Origin: Enoplolaimus lenunculus
Taxonomy: Eukaryota
Length of the DNA: 64,000 bases
Assembly (NCBI GenBank): GCA_030248215.1
Contig: JASANG010002859.1
Location: 310,001 to 374,000, forward strand
Reading direction: 5' to 3'
In this document: one piece after another, positions 51,890 through 64,000 of the stretch
Layout of the letters: each line of letters begins with the position of its first letter
Position numbering within the stretch: the stretch's first letter is position 1
The notes under the pieces: generated by a model
Databases searched by the model: none
What the model was told of the DNA's origin: nothing
Seen by the model: the letters and a program-made list of their open reading frames with translations, nothing else
Made by a program: the position numbers and the translations under genes

Positions 51890-54800
51890 CTAGCACATAT
51901 TATCAAGTCTTATATGATTTAATTTGCTTCTTCTATAAAGTGTACCGTGATATTCAGCGAGTTTTCGTCTACGAGACACCCAGACGGTGTTATTTTTCGA
52001 AGACCGACAAATCAACAAATAAACTAGCGGTGCTTGGAGTACACAAAGTTTAAGATATCCACCGAAAATATTTTTCAAAAATGCCAATGGTATATTTTCG
52101 AGTGCAAGTGAGTAATATTGCGCTGTACCACATGCAATACCGTTTAAATAAGAATACGTCAAACAGAACAACACCTCACGATGAATAAAATTGACTGCGA
52201 TATTACTCAATCGAAACCCGATAAGAATCGTAAGTAAAGAATACAGCGGTGCATATGGAACATAACTGATTGCAAACATTTCGAGGTTGCAATAATTTTG
52301 CCAATGCAAACTTTGGTTTGTGTTTAAATTGCCGGTCTTTGCGTTAACCAGGTGGTTTAAGACTGTTATATGTTTTATTACCTGGTTCTGTTTTGTTATC
52401 GCGTTATAAATGCATACTGTGGCGTTAATAACAATCAAAGTTACGGCGAAAATCAAAGTTACAATGATTTTGATGCTTGTAAATTTTTTGTTTTGGGTTC
52501 CGGCGACATTAACAACCGGTAGTCGTTTGATTCCTGAGTAAATAATGAGTTTGATTAAAATGACACTGTATGTCAGTATATCAGTCAGGTTCCATAAGAA
52601 GCTAAAAACCGTACAAGATATGGTTGACAATGGTATAAAACTTATTAATATGAACATGAAATCAAATGCAATACTTGTTAGTATTATGTATGTAGCTAGC
52701 GGCATGCTCATAATACCAATTGGGGTTCGTCGATATGAAACCACAATTATTGCTATTAACAGAGCGATAATGAGGCCGACAAAGGACAGTGCCGCTAGAA
52801 TTGTAGCGATATCATTTTGATACAAAAACATTTGACCGATATTCGTGTCCTTTGAACAGAAGCCGGCATCGTTGTTCCAAGATGGCACAAATCCATAATT
52901 ACAGTTGACACAAGTATTGTTAGCCGTTACAGCATATGAAGCTATGGGACATTGCCGACAGCGAAAACAGCAGTTACCAGTTTCGCGGAATTTTAGCTCA
53001 TTTTTAGCGCATTTACGCTGGCACGTTTGGGATGAATTATTAGTGTGTATGATTGGCAACGAATCCAAATTTGGAACATTTAATGTACTGTTTGAATATT
53101 TTCCAATCGGTATTAAACTATCATGAGATATATTGTACTGATACAAACCATACACCACATCCTTTGAGCATCCTTTATCAGTGATAAGTTCGCTATTTTG
53201 GCCACAATCAGAAACCAATTGTAATATTTCAGAGCTTGGCTTGGAACAAGTATAGGATACGTTTGAACATATGCTATATTCCACAACCTGTTCAACCTTT
53301 GACGTGTTTGAAACCGATTTGTGCTGTGTGCAATCGCAACATTTGAGCCGTGTCAAACTTTCAGCCAACAAATCAATTGTTCGGATTGAAAACGTTAACG
53401 TTCGTTGTAGCCAATCATCAAGCATTACTGATTCGGATCCATTGCATTTTTGTGCAAAGTTATGCAAACTACAATTCCAGCTATCAATTGGTGATTGGTG
53501 CATTTGATATGAACAGTTGTTTGTGAAAAAATCACCATAATCGCATTTATTTGATAGTCCAATGTAGTAAGCAAGAGCCTGATAGAATAAATACGAGTTA
53601 CCCGGTTTGCGTTCGTATAAAGTTTGTAGCTCTCGTAGCGTAACGTAATCAGTAAAATTTTGAACCCAAGGTACAATTTGAGCGCTCGGTTGTACTAAAA
53701 TAGCGCCGTTCATAATTTTTAAAACACCGGCATAGTCAGCACCGGTATTTTGTTGATGGGTCAATCTTCTCATTGTTGCATCAGAACCGATGAACTGAAA
53801 TAAACCGTGCCAATGTGGTGCATAATTTGCGATATGAGCAAAAAATTGCATTGTAAGTTGGTATTGCGCAAAAATCACAATAACTTTTGCATTCGACTCA
53901 AGTTCCAGTTGCCTGATAGTACTATTCCAGTTAATTGAACCGATTTGACCCGTATTTCCGGCTTGTAGTTGTACTATTCTGTCGACGCAAATGTTACACT
54001 TTGGATTGTTAAACGATTTAGTTTCGTTTATAAATAACGCAAGCATATCAGACGAGTACGTTTCTTCTTCGACCACAAGACTCACCAGGGAATACTTGAC
54101 TTGGCACAAAAAATCAACTATTACTTTAACTTGGTAGCGATCGTTGGGTACTGTACGAACAATATTTTGGCCAAAATTCAATGACGGACTTGATGACAGT
54201 GACGGCATTATAGGCATACAATTATAACCTACCATTGCGTCCAAACTTATAGCCAGACTGCTTTCCATAATACCGAGTATAGCAATAGATACATTTGTCG
54301 CGTTCACCGTTTCAGTTTGGCATTCATATACAATTTTACTAGTGGGTACTGCTAAATCATGTAATGCATGTTCCTAAAATTCAAGTTATGGCTCATGTTA
54401 CTATTAAGGAGCGTCCTGGTTGCTGCTGGGTCAATAAAAGAGTTGGTTTCCATTCTAGATTATATTTTTTTGCTTAGGCTTAGGCTTAGGCTTAAAAACA
54501 CATTTTTGCAACGCTTAGGCGTAGACTTTGGCTTAGGAATACGCATAGGCTACTGTTACGCACGCCGTTAAAAGTAACAATGGCCAATATGAACAGTTAA
54601 AGATAACATTGAGGTTAAGCTGCATGTGTGGGAAATGTCTTGGATGCTCTAAAATATTATACAAATTTGTTAAGTTTAAATTTTCTAAAACCTGGAAATA
54701 AAGCGTGCATTAATGCTGATCTTCTGTAGGTGTTTAATTACTTATTTAATGCTCAGGAAGATAACAAAATCATAATTTCTTAACTGTATTACTGTTGTTA

Positions 54801-57791
54801 TTTGGCTTTTGTAGGAAAATGAAACTATTCGAAATAGGCATTTTCGGACTACACAAACTGAGTCAAATTCGACTCCGCCAGAGTCAAATTCAAATAACTT
54901 GAGTCACTCGGGGAGTTCAATTTGACTCTGGCGGAGTCGATTTTGACTCAGTTTGTGTAGTCCGAAAAAGTCTATTTCGGAGAGAGTCAATTTGACTCAC
55001 CATTTTTTGCAGTATACGCATTCGCTGCAATGCCTTATCAAACTGATGTTTGCGAATAAACGTATTGTAAGGCCATGTGTTTTCGTCATTGTCAGCAGAC
55101 AAACTCAACTAAGTTACTACTATATTCAAGTTTGCACCAAGGGCGTAGTCAGGATTTTGGAAACGGTGTTACGTTCGAAAATAAATTTGGACCACTTTCT
55201 TGCGTTTTTTGGCGAAAATCGGAAATAAGAATTGTAACTAACTTAACAGCCGCCTGGCTACATCACTGGTTTTGTTGCAATTCTGTACTTTCAAAATTAA
55301 GTACTTACGCTTTAAAGTTTTGAATTCAAATTATTTGGTCCTTGAGTCATTTTTGCCCTACAGTTAGGAATAATTGACATTTATAGACTCTAATTAGGGT
55401 TTAAAGACTCTATCCGCTTACGGACTCTCATTAGAGATACGGACTCCTATTGATTGAGACTCAAAATGGGGACCCTCCTCTTATTACCCCCCTCTTATTC
55501 GGGTCACTACAGTAAGGGCTTGAATTGACATTCAAGATCAAGAAATTATTACATTTTTTTGACTGCAATTTCCTTACTCGATCCTTGTTTTGTCCAACAT
55601 ATATGTGTTCTAATGACATTTGCAGGCAGTTTTTCTTCAGGATCGCTTCATTGTAATGATCAATAAAGAAACCGTACGCTGAAATATGACTAAATACAAT
55701 CATATGAATGATGAGCCAAATTAACTCTCTCCGAAATAGGCTTTTCCTGACTACACAAACTGAGTCAAAATTCGACTCCACAGGAAAAGCACATTTGGGA
55801 GAGAGTCAATTTGATTCACCATTTTTGCAGTGTACAATCATATGAACACAATAGTGACCTTTAGTGACAACACAAACAAGTTTACAGGTAGAAAAATTCT
55901 ATAAATGCTCATTTCCCAGCCGAGTTTATCTGTTTCACTGCATAATCATGACTACGAGCTCAAAAATTACACCATATTCTAACAACATCGATTAATCCGG
56001 CAAAAGCAAAGTAATAATTTTTGGAATAATTTAAAAAGTCATCATTTTGTCTTGTCAATTAAGCTAATATGCTAATTAGCTATTAGCTAACTATTCAATT
56101 ATCGGTTTTGGAGGTTTGTAAACAATTTATTCAGATTCCTCGCACCCAAAAACCTTCATTAAACCCTAATAATTATTTAAATAATTTAAAAAGTCCTAGT
56201 TTTGTCTTGTCAATTAAGCTAATATGCCAATTAACTGTTAGCTAACTATTCAATTATCGGTTTTGGATGTTTGTAAACTATTTATTCAAATTCCTCGCAG
56301 CTAAAAACCCTTTAGTGTTGAAATTATATTGCTTTTAACCTTAATAATTAGTGAAATATTGTAAAAAGTCCTAATTTAGGCTTATAAACTATGCTAATAT
56401 GCAAATTATCTATTAGCTAACTACTCAATTATCGGTTTTTAAAGTTTGTAAACAGTCTACGCAGATTCACCACAAAACTTTTTAATGCTAAAATTAGCTT
56501 GCTTCTAACTGTAATAATTAGTGAAATATTGTGGAAAGTCCTAATTTAGGCTTAATTACTTATGCAAATTAGCCTGTAGCTAATAAACGGCCTACAATAT
56601 CAAAACCCCGATGCGAGGTTAACACCCCAGGATAATTGGCTTTCAAACAAAAAAGTTTATCAAAATAGGTTCAGCCGTTCCGGAGATTCGTTTCGGACGG
56701 ACAGACGGACAGACGGACGGACGGACATCCACCTTTCGAACCCCAAGTACAAAACATAAAACGCTTCGCGAAACTCCCAGCTTCGCTCGGAGTTTCCCTT
56801 CGCTCAATAAAACCTGTCAAAAACTTTCAACTCAAAAATAGATTGGGTGTACGCAATATGTTTCAGACAAATTAATAGTTCACATGATTTTGGATGCCAT
56901 TCCATAATATTTTCCCAGGCTACATTAAACAAATGTGCTCGTCTAGTTACTATCCTTTTAATAGGAATGTGAAACGTATCCCATGTTGCTCAAGTCCTGT
57001 GAAATTTTCGTTCTATCATAAAAAATTGATTACGATACAAAAGTGTACTTCAATGAAAAATTATGAAACGCCAAATAGGAACCATTCGAATTATTGTGAG
57101 GGAAATTATTCAAATCCAAGTTGAGTTTAAAATTGGTTTAGTGAATCAAACCAAGTCGACGAGACAAAAAGCTTGTGACGAAAATAATTTAATCGCCATT
57201 AAGTGCAACACTGTAAATTCCAATGAGTTGATTAATCAATTCAGCTAGCGAGTTGATTATTTCTGAATTAATATCAGCAAACATTAATTCACTCTGAGTT
57301 GAGTTGATTCTGTGTTCGTTGATTAATTAGCTCAGAATGAATTGAATCAATCCAAAATTCTGAGTTCTGATAGTCCTAACTCAGACTGAATGATTCATTT
57401 CATTCTGAGTTAAAATCAACTCACTGAAATTTGCAGTGATATTGTTCACGTCTAAAGGCATGCAGAGACTAAGTTTTAAACATAGAAATTATTTTTAGAA
57501 CGGAATTCAACTTCTTTAACCACCTTTAACTCGCCTGTCTAGCATTTTTAGCGTAATGCCGCTTACAAATCATGTACGCTATCCTTGTTAATTGCATTCA
57601 AATACTACCTTACCGTGCGTAAGTAGATGTCCAAAACTAAATGTACTATAAGGTATTGGCCAATAAGTCGGTATGATCGAAATAACGTTGAATACATCAA
57701 CTTCTGTACAATTTGTAATAGCAGCAACGGTGCCACACGTTTTGTATATAGAAACAATGACAAGTAGTAATACAGTAACGTTTATTTTCAT
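51890..57791 (-). CDS. Divergent class C GPCR (metabotropic glutamate receptor-like: Venus flytrap, Cys-rich NCD3G and 7TM domains), 920 aa, 3 exons
   Basis: Exons 57791-57614 (signal peptide MKINVTVLLLVIVSIY...), 55678-55578 and 54373-51890, in phase. VFT motifs RTVPNDRYQ, EETY and FQFIGSD; CCFRCRQCP...CVNC; TM1 followed by YRRTPI and further hydrophobic helices. Confidence 0.9.
55873..56812 (+). mobile_element. DINE-1/Helentron-like non-autonomous element with internal tandem repeats, in GPCR intron 1
   Basis: Starts near AACAAG; 3-4 diverged ~170-185-bp internal tandem units (56015-56580); (GGAC/AGAC)n microsatellite at 56695-56727; subterminal hairpin GAAACTCC...GGAGTTTC before an A-rich end. 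Confidence 0.6.
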
Positions 57792-57967
57792 TTTTAAGTA
57801 CGGCACACTGCAAAAAATGGTGAGTCAAATTGACTCTCTCTGAAATAGGCTTTTCCTGACTACACAAACTGAGTCAAAATTCGACTCCGCCAGAGTCAAA
57901 TTCGTCTCACTGAGAGTCGCACGTCTGACTCTGGCGGAGTCAAATTTGGCTCAGTTTGTGTAGTCCG

Positions 57968-58225
57968 TGTCAGAACTGCACGGTCGGGACGACCCCTTCC
58001 TCCGAAGTACTGCGAATATATTTGATTTTTCTCCTAAATTTCTCCGAAAGATATGGCCACGCCGGAAATCGAACCTCGGACCTCACGCTCGCGAGTCAAG
58101 CGCGCTACCCATTACACCACACGGCCGTTATCCTAATTTCCTCTGGTGGGATATGTGCACGAGTATGTATGTGTCTTAACATTACACACTCTGCACATAC
58201 ACAAGCTACACCGCATATACTGACA
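57968..58225 (-). mobile_element. Solo LTR (258 bp) containing a 73-nt tRNA-like module
   Basis: TGTCAG...CTGACA termini; perfect 5-bp TSD GTCCG (57963-57967, 58226-58230). Its left end resembles the left end of the LTR at 39275. Confidence 0.9.
58054..58126 (-). ncRNA. tRNA-like module (pseudo-tRNA) within the solo LTR
   Basis: GGCCGTGTGGTGTAATGGGTAGCGCGCTTGACTCGCGAGCGTGAGGTCCGAGGTTCGATTTCCGGCGTGGCCA: 7-bp acceptor stem (with G-U pairs), D arm, GTTCGA loop; anticodon stem mispaired. Confidence 0.7.
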
Positions 58226-58999
58226 GTCCGGAGAAGCCTATTTCGGAGAGAGTCAATTTGACTCACAATTTTTTGCAGTTTAATTAAAATTTTGTAAAAG
58301 TCGCAAATTTGTTGGTATATATGTCGTGTACCAAATGGCTATTTGTACCAATTGGCTATTGGTACAGAAGCGTGTTAAACGTTTATTTGTCTTCTATCAA
58401 AAGCTTGAGCGACAATACAAGGTTATACTTATGTATTTTCAAAACTTAGGTATGCTTTAAAATTTCGAACTCTACTTTATTTGAACCTGGAGTCATTTCT
58501 GCGCTACAATTTGGGATAATTGACATTTGTGGATTCTAATTAAGGTTTACGTACTTTATCCGCCTACGGACTCTTATTAGAAATACGGTCTCCTATTGAT
58601 TGGGACTCAAAATGAGGACCCTCTCTTATTACCCTCCTTCTCTTATACAGGTCACTACAGTGCAGTTAATTCATGCTGTGTCTTTAAAATGAATGGAACC
58701 TAAACAGTGAAGGATTTCTAATGTTAGCTTTTCATACCTTTACGCTTAGACCTTTGGCTTGAAAAAGCTTATTTATGACCTAAGTCTAAGCCTTTGCTAA
58801 GACCTTCGAATACCCGTTCGCTTACGCCTAAGCCTAAACCTTCACCTTAAATGAGGGGAAACGGAAATATACAATAGCGTGAATATATAATGAAATTTAC
58901 ACTGAAATAAATCCGCTAAGAAAATTGCGTACTAATAAAATTGTAATAAAATTACAAAATTTAGCCAAAACAGTTTTAAAAAAACGTATGCCATCATAA

Positions 59000-59042
<43 letters not shown>
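59000..59042. repeat. (AAT)n microsatellite
   Basis: About 13 consecutive AAT units. Confidence 0.92.
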
Positions 59043-59697
59043 TTTGTAGTTCTATTAATTTTTGAGATGCTTAATCGGCCACATGTTTCTTGTAAAAACG
59101 TTTAAAGTAAATGATATTTGGCAATTTTTGAATGTGTCAATGCTTTTAATACAGGAGACAGATGCAATAAAACTAATCTCCGTTCTATAAAATTTTAAAC
59201 CGTTTCGTTCGCGTAATTTCTCTGCAAGCTAAATGCTACAATAAATTTTATTTATTGGGCCATGTAAAGATCAGGGGCGGAACGTTTTTCTGTGGGATTG
59301 CAATAGAGAAAGTTTAAACTTAAGACTATTTTTTGCTTGGCTTAGACTTAGGCTTAGGCTTAGGCTTAAGAATGCACTCAATCTTACCCTTAGACTTGGG
59401 TTTCGGCTTAGGCCTAGGCTTAGAAATATGCGTATAACACTGTTCCGCCCCTGTCGTTGACATTGGCCTATTAATTTAAAGATTGTAATGACCATTCGGT
59501 TTTATTTCACCAATCACGTATGGGTTACAATATTATAGCTATAAAATGATAAGATGATTTTTAGTATGGCAATAAAGCTATTAATCTCAACGAGTATAAT
59601 AAACGTGTAAAATTAATTAGCTAAAATCAAGTATGATTTTACTAAATTTTGAGCTTAAATTCCACATTACTAAATGTTAAGCTTGATATGGCAAGGT

Positions 59698-59876
59698 GGC
59701 CCATGTATAGAACAGGAGCGGATCGTTTTCCGGAGAGGGTATAAAAGAGTCAGTTTAAGCTTTAGACGAATTGTTTTGCTTAGGCTTAGGAATAGGCGCA
59801 TCCATACGCTTATACTTAGGCTTAGGCATAGGAATATGCTTATACTACTGTTCCGGCCCTGTTCTATACATGGGCC
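59698..59876. mobile_element. TTAGGC MITE, intact copy
   Basis: TIR GGCCCATGTATAGAACAGG; perfect 8-bp TSD GGCAAGGT. Confidence 0.9.
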
Positions 59877-60053
59877 GGCAAGGTTGGATGCCTACTTGCA
59901 CATGCATGAAAAATTGTAAATTTGTGGGACGTTTCAAACCCACTAACAGTAAAAATATATACATCCGACTTATCGCTCGCTTCGCTGGCAAATTTCTTTT
60001 TGACTTAACGGGAACAAATTTGAAATTTTGTATGGAATTTTGAGTGCGATATT

Positions 60054-60509
60054 TACTGTAGTGACCCGAATAGAAGGAAGGACTGATATTTATTTGGCCT
60101 CTCCAGAGGGAAGCCCCCCTTGTTATTCGGTTACAGACTGTTATTTATTTTTTACCCACGCTCCGCCGCCCTTCGTTAGTGATATATATCCGGTAGTGAA
60201 AATTATCCTTGAATTAAACGTTTATTTGTCTTGTGTCAATAGCTTGAGCGATAATACAATGTTATACTTAGGAATGTACTTTCAAAATTTAAGTACGCTT
60301 TAAAGTTTCGAACTCAAGTTGTTTGGTCCAGGAGTTATTTATGCGCTACAATTAGGGTTAATTGACATTTATGGACTTTAATTAGGGTCTAGGGACTCTA
60401 TCCACTTACGGACTCTTATTAGGAATACGGACTCCAATTGATTCGGACTCAAAATGGGAACCCCTTCCCTCTTATTACCCCTCCCCCTCTTATTCGGGTC
60501 AATACAGTA
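60054..60509. mobile_element. TA-flanked CTGTAGTGACCCGAATA MITE, near full-length copy
   Basis: TA|CTGTAGTGACCCGAATA...TATTCGGGTCAATACAG|TA. Confidence 0.85.
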
Positions 60510-60882
60510 CTACATGTTGTAATTCTTATGAAATTCATAGCTGCCTCGTTACATTTTTTGCCGTTTCTCAATCATTTGGACTGCCTTTAAAGGCCTGGAT
60601 TATTTTCGACAGAGTTTATCGGCTCTGTACGAATTCTTTCGTTTCAAATCTAATAGTGTTTTTGGTATGTTAAAAGTTGCGCATTTATATACGTTCGTAA
60701 CGTTATTACAGTTAATATATATACCACAACCAATATGGTTAAGAATGGTGCTACAGCCACTGTGCCTTTGAAGTATACAAGTTCGACACTACGGTTAGAA
60801 AATTGTAGTTCAGCTTCGTAGCCAGGTCGTCATGTTCCTAGAGGAGGTTTGTATAGATACTCAGTAAGAATTGTTTCATTAA

Positions 60883-61145
60883 CCCTTCCTCACATGAATA
60901 TTTGCAATTTTACATGAGATGTAATTTCAAGGTAAGATTCGATCCCCAGTCTCACGGATGAGACGCGTTTGCGATAACCACTGAGCTATAGGAGCTTGAC
61001 ACTCGAGCCCGAGGGGGCTCTCACGTCTTGTGGAGATTTAACACTGCGCATGTATGTGATAAATGTTAAACACTGCTCACAGTGTGTGTATTGCTCGTAC
61101 ATTTTTGTATTTAGTTGCTCATAGTATACTCTATAAGTGAAAGGG
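60883..61145 (-). mobile_element. piggyBac-type MITE with tRNA-like module, copy 3 (inverted)
   Basis: TTAA|CCCT...AGGG|TTAA; minus strand has TAGCTCAGTGG and GGATCGAATC. A partial fourth copy lies at 49337-49390. Confidence 0.85.
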
Positions 61146-63039
61146 TTAATCATTTTAAAAGGGGCATGCAAAAAGTTGCCATATCTTACAAATGAATCAA
61201 AATTCTTAGGACCAAAATTTTTCTAGGTGGGCTGAGTAACGCCTTCCTCAAAACGGCGTGCCAGGTTGTGTATTCAAGAAAACCAACTATTGTCCGTTCT
61301 GGTACCATGGTAAAATTCTATTGTAACCCGACTTATTATCATTCCGATATAGAAATATGCGCTGCTAAGCGTTGATTCGAGTGTGCGTTGTGCTCGGATA
61401 TCTTTGTTGTTTTGCGCACTCGAATCAAGAATTCGCACAGCGCACTCGTATGGACGTGGTGATATCGCAATCGTTCCACACTTGTGCGTGCACTTGTTCT
61501 TGATTCACTTGCACAGCAACACAGAAGATGGACTGGTGCCATTCGCATCACTTGGTTTTACCACACGCTGGACGCATCGCAGCAGCGAGCCTTCATATCT
61601 CGGAATACAAAGCTGTGCTAAAACTACTGTAGTGACACGAATAAAGGGGTAATAAGAGGAGGGTGTCTATTTTGTGTCCCAATTAATAGGAGTCCGTATC
61701 TGTAATAATATCCGTACACGAATATAGTCCCTAAACCCAGATTAGAGTCTATAAATGTCAATTATCCCAAATTGTAGTGCATAAATGACTTTAGCACTAA
61801 ATATAGTTGAGTTCGAAACATTAAAGCATACTTTGTTTTGAAACTACATTCTTAAAGTTTACCTTGCATTATCCCTCAAGGTTTTGATACAAGACAAATA
61901 AACATTTAATTCAACGGATAGTTACACTGCCGAATATATAATAACAGTCCGTAACAGACTAACAGAGGATACTCTCTGGAGAGGCCAAATAAATATCAGC
62001 CCCCTCTCTTATTCGGGTCACTACAATATTACGCAGAACATTTTTCAATTTACAGTATACATTGCCTTGCGGCGACGTGTGTGATATCAAAGTGCAAACA
62101 CTGAATTAGGATAATTGCAAACTTAGTTCATAAACAGTACTCCATTAATGCATAGTACTTTATGCAAGCAAACAGCAATTATTGCAAACGAAAAATCAAC
62201 AACAAACTCTTTATATTTCTGTAACAATAAAATGTAAGACAGCAAACGCTGCTCCATATCAGCTACTGTACTAACCCGAACAAGTGACATATCTTGCAAA
62301 AATCCATTTAGGAATACAAATTTCGTATTAAACTACATATTTATGCAGAATGTGTAAGTCATTCCATGTTAATTTGTAAGCCGATCCTAAAATGGTCGAA
62401 GAAACGACGTATTCTTATTTTTCCTCATGCATCGGATATAATAACAGACACCAGACTGCAACCACGAAGGGTTTATTTCTTAGACAGCGATAAAGAAATT
62501 GTATTAAGAATAAATTTTGTTTGTCCTTGTAGAAATGTTCTTGTCTACTGAATGTTACAATTCTTGATTGCAGGGCTGGCTATTAAGCACGTTGGATAAA
62601 TGCTCTCTAAAAGCTTAAATTTACTTGATTTATGCTTAAGCTAATCCAGCAGTATTAAATTGCCTTTTTAAATTAGCTAAACTATTAACATGTGGTTTTA
62701 CGCTTAAACTAATTTAAAATCTTACATATTTTTAGTTTAACCTAAGCGTAATGAACTCTTAGATCCACATAATTTCTGGGCTGAACTTATTATTTAAACT
62801 AAAAATAACTTTACACAAACTCGTGTTAAACTTTAAAACACGTTCAAAATAAAACTTAAAATGTTAGTTTAGTTAGTCCGTCCAACCATTTAAGTTTTAC
62901 TTAAACTGATATTCAAGTTTAGTTAAGCTATAATTTAAGTTTAAGTTTTTAGAGAGTGTATTACTGCATTAACACTCTTTACCATTGACGCCGAAGGGTT
63001 GAACAAAACTCAAAATTTACTACGATAAACATTGTCCGA

Positions 63040-63325
63040 TGTGGAAACCAAAGTTTTGAAAAACGAATATATTTTATTTTGGAAAAAGTTTCATGTTTTA
63101 ACATTAATATCAATAAACAATCGAAAGAAAGCTGCCGTTAGTAAAAACGAATAAATACCAAAATGCGTAAACCGCAGTTGAAATCGACTTTTCTATGAAA
63201 ACCTTAGAGCCTTAGCCAGTTTCGAACCTCTGCCTTGTGGCAAATATGAAACCTGTTAGCAGAGCAAATATGCTAACCGACTGCTTCAATTAGTAGATGA
63301 AATATTACCTTGTAAGGATGTCACA
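63040..63325 (-). mobile_element. Possible degenerate tRNA-bearing solo LTR
   Basis: Minus strand starts TGTGACAT like the 41329 and 39107 LTR ends and contains A-box-like GAAGCAGTCGG and B box GGTTCGAAAC. The left boundary and TSD (TCCGA/AACGA) are poor. Confidence 0.3.
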
Positions 63326-64000
63326 AACGACACGTAGGTTGCAGTGACGTAGCAGGCAGGGGGGCGCCCCCAAATTCCAAAGGTGGGGGCCCCCATACTC
63401 GCGAGCGAGACGCATTTTAAAACTTAAGCGGTTTTTGTTTTAACCGGTTAGGGTGGGCCCCCAAATGGGGGTATGGAGGGGTCGCTGCTCCCACCCTGGT
63501 ACGTTGTTTACTTGTTATTTTGTAACACGTACAATGCATATACAAATTAAAAAGTGATTGAACAACCATCTAAACACCACCTCGCTGACGTCAGGTCGCG
63601 AGAAACAGAGCGACTGATACTTTGCCTCACCTACCATCTATTATGCGGTTCCGACCTTTTCTCATGTCATACTTTATTATTTGAACAAGTTACTTAAAAT
63701 ATATTTTTCCTAACTCGGTAGGTGGTCATGTAAATTGGTGCCCGCAACGAAATCTAAGATTTCGATCATGTTCCCTAATCAGAAGCAATATTTTGTGTAA
63801 AATATTTAATATTAAAGTAGCATTTGGCTTCTGGCTCGCTTGACTCGCATGTTGTTTTCGCTAATATCACATGCCTTTCTGTCAGCAATTTACGTATCCA
63901 CACGCTGGGTCGTTCTAAACTCTTAGCAGTTGTAAGCTGAGTTTTAAGTGTTTTTATTAACAACCGTTGCATCAAAATATTGAACGTAGTTTGTTTTGTT

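Larger units (their letters stand above)
57806..58279. mobile_element. CACTG MITE family A copy immediately upstream of the GPCR ATG, interrupted by a solo LTR
   Basis: Removing 57968-58225 and one GTCCG restores the family sequence TCAGTTTGTGTAGTCCG.A.AAGCCTATTTCGGAGAGAGTC. Confidence 0.88.

Overview
AT-rich, intron-rich, repeat-dense animal DNA, almost certainly from a nematode: the complexin ends in KGFLPFGK like C. elegans CPX-1, and the MITEs carry the nematode telomere repeat TTAGGC. Six host genes were reconstructed by hand from splice sites and phase continuity: a secreted neuropeptide-precursor-like gene (+, 4092-4991), a delta/gamma/zeta-type sarcoglycan (+, 8 exons, 12178-17460), PSMG4 (-, 2 exons), complexin (-, 5 exons), an unidentified multi-exon gene with weak katanin-p80-like features (+, ~42997-47019) and a divergent mGluR-like class C GPCR (-, 3 exons, 51890-57791). 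Mobile DNA includes a frameshifted CR1-type LINE with a PHD-finger ORF1, a second LINE 3' fragment, several MITE families and a DINE-1-like element. The most unusual signal is a family of miniature LTR elements (TRIM-like) whose LTRs contain tRNA-like modules. It appears as two solo LTRs with perfect 5-bp TSDs and as a tandem LTR-internal-LTR array whose primer-binding site matches the 3' end of an LTR-embedded tRNA-like sequence. All homology calls are from recalled family motifs; no database search was run. Most short ORFs in the supplied track are spurious products of repeats.
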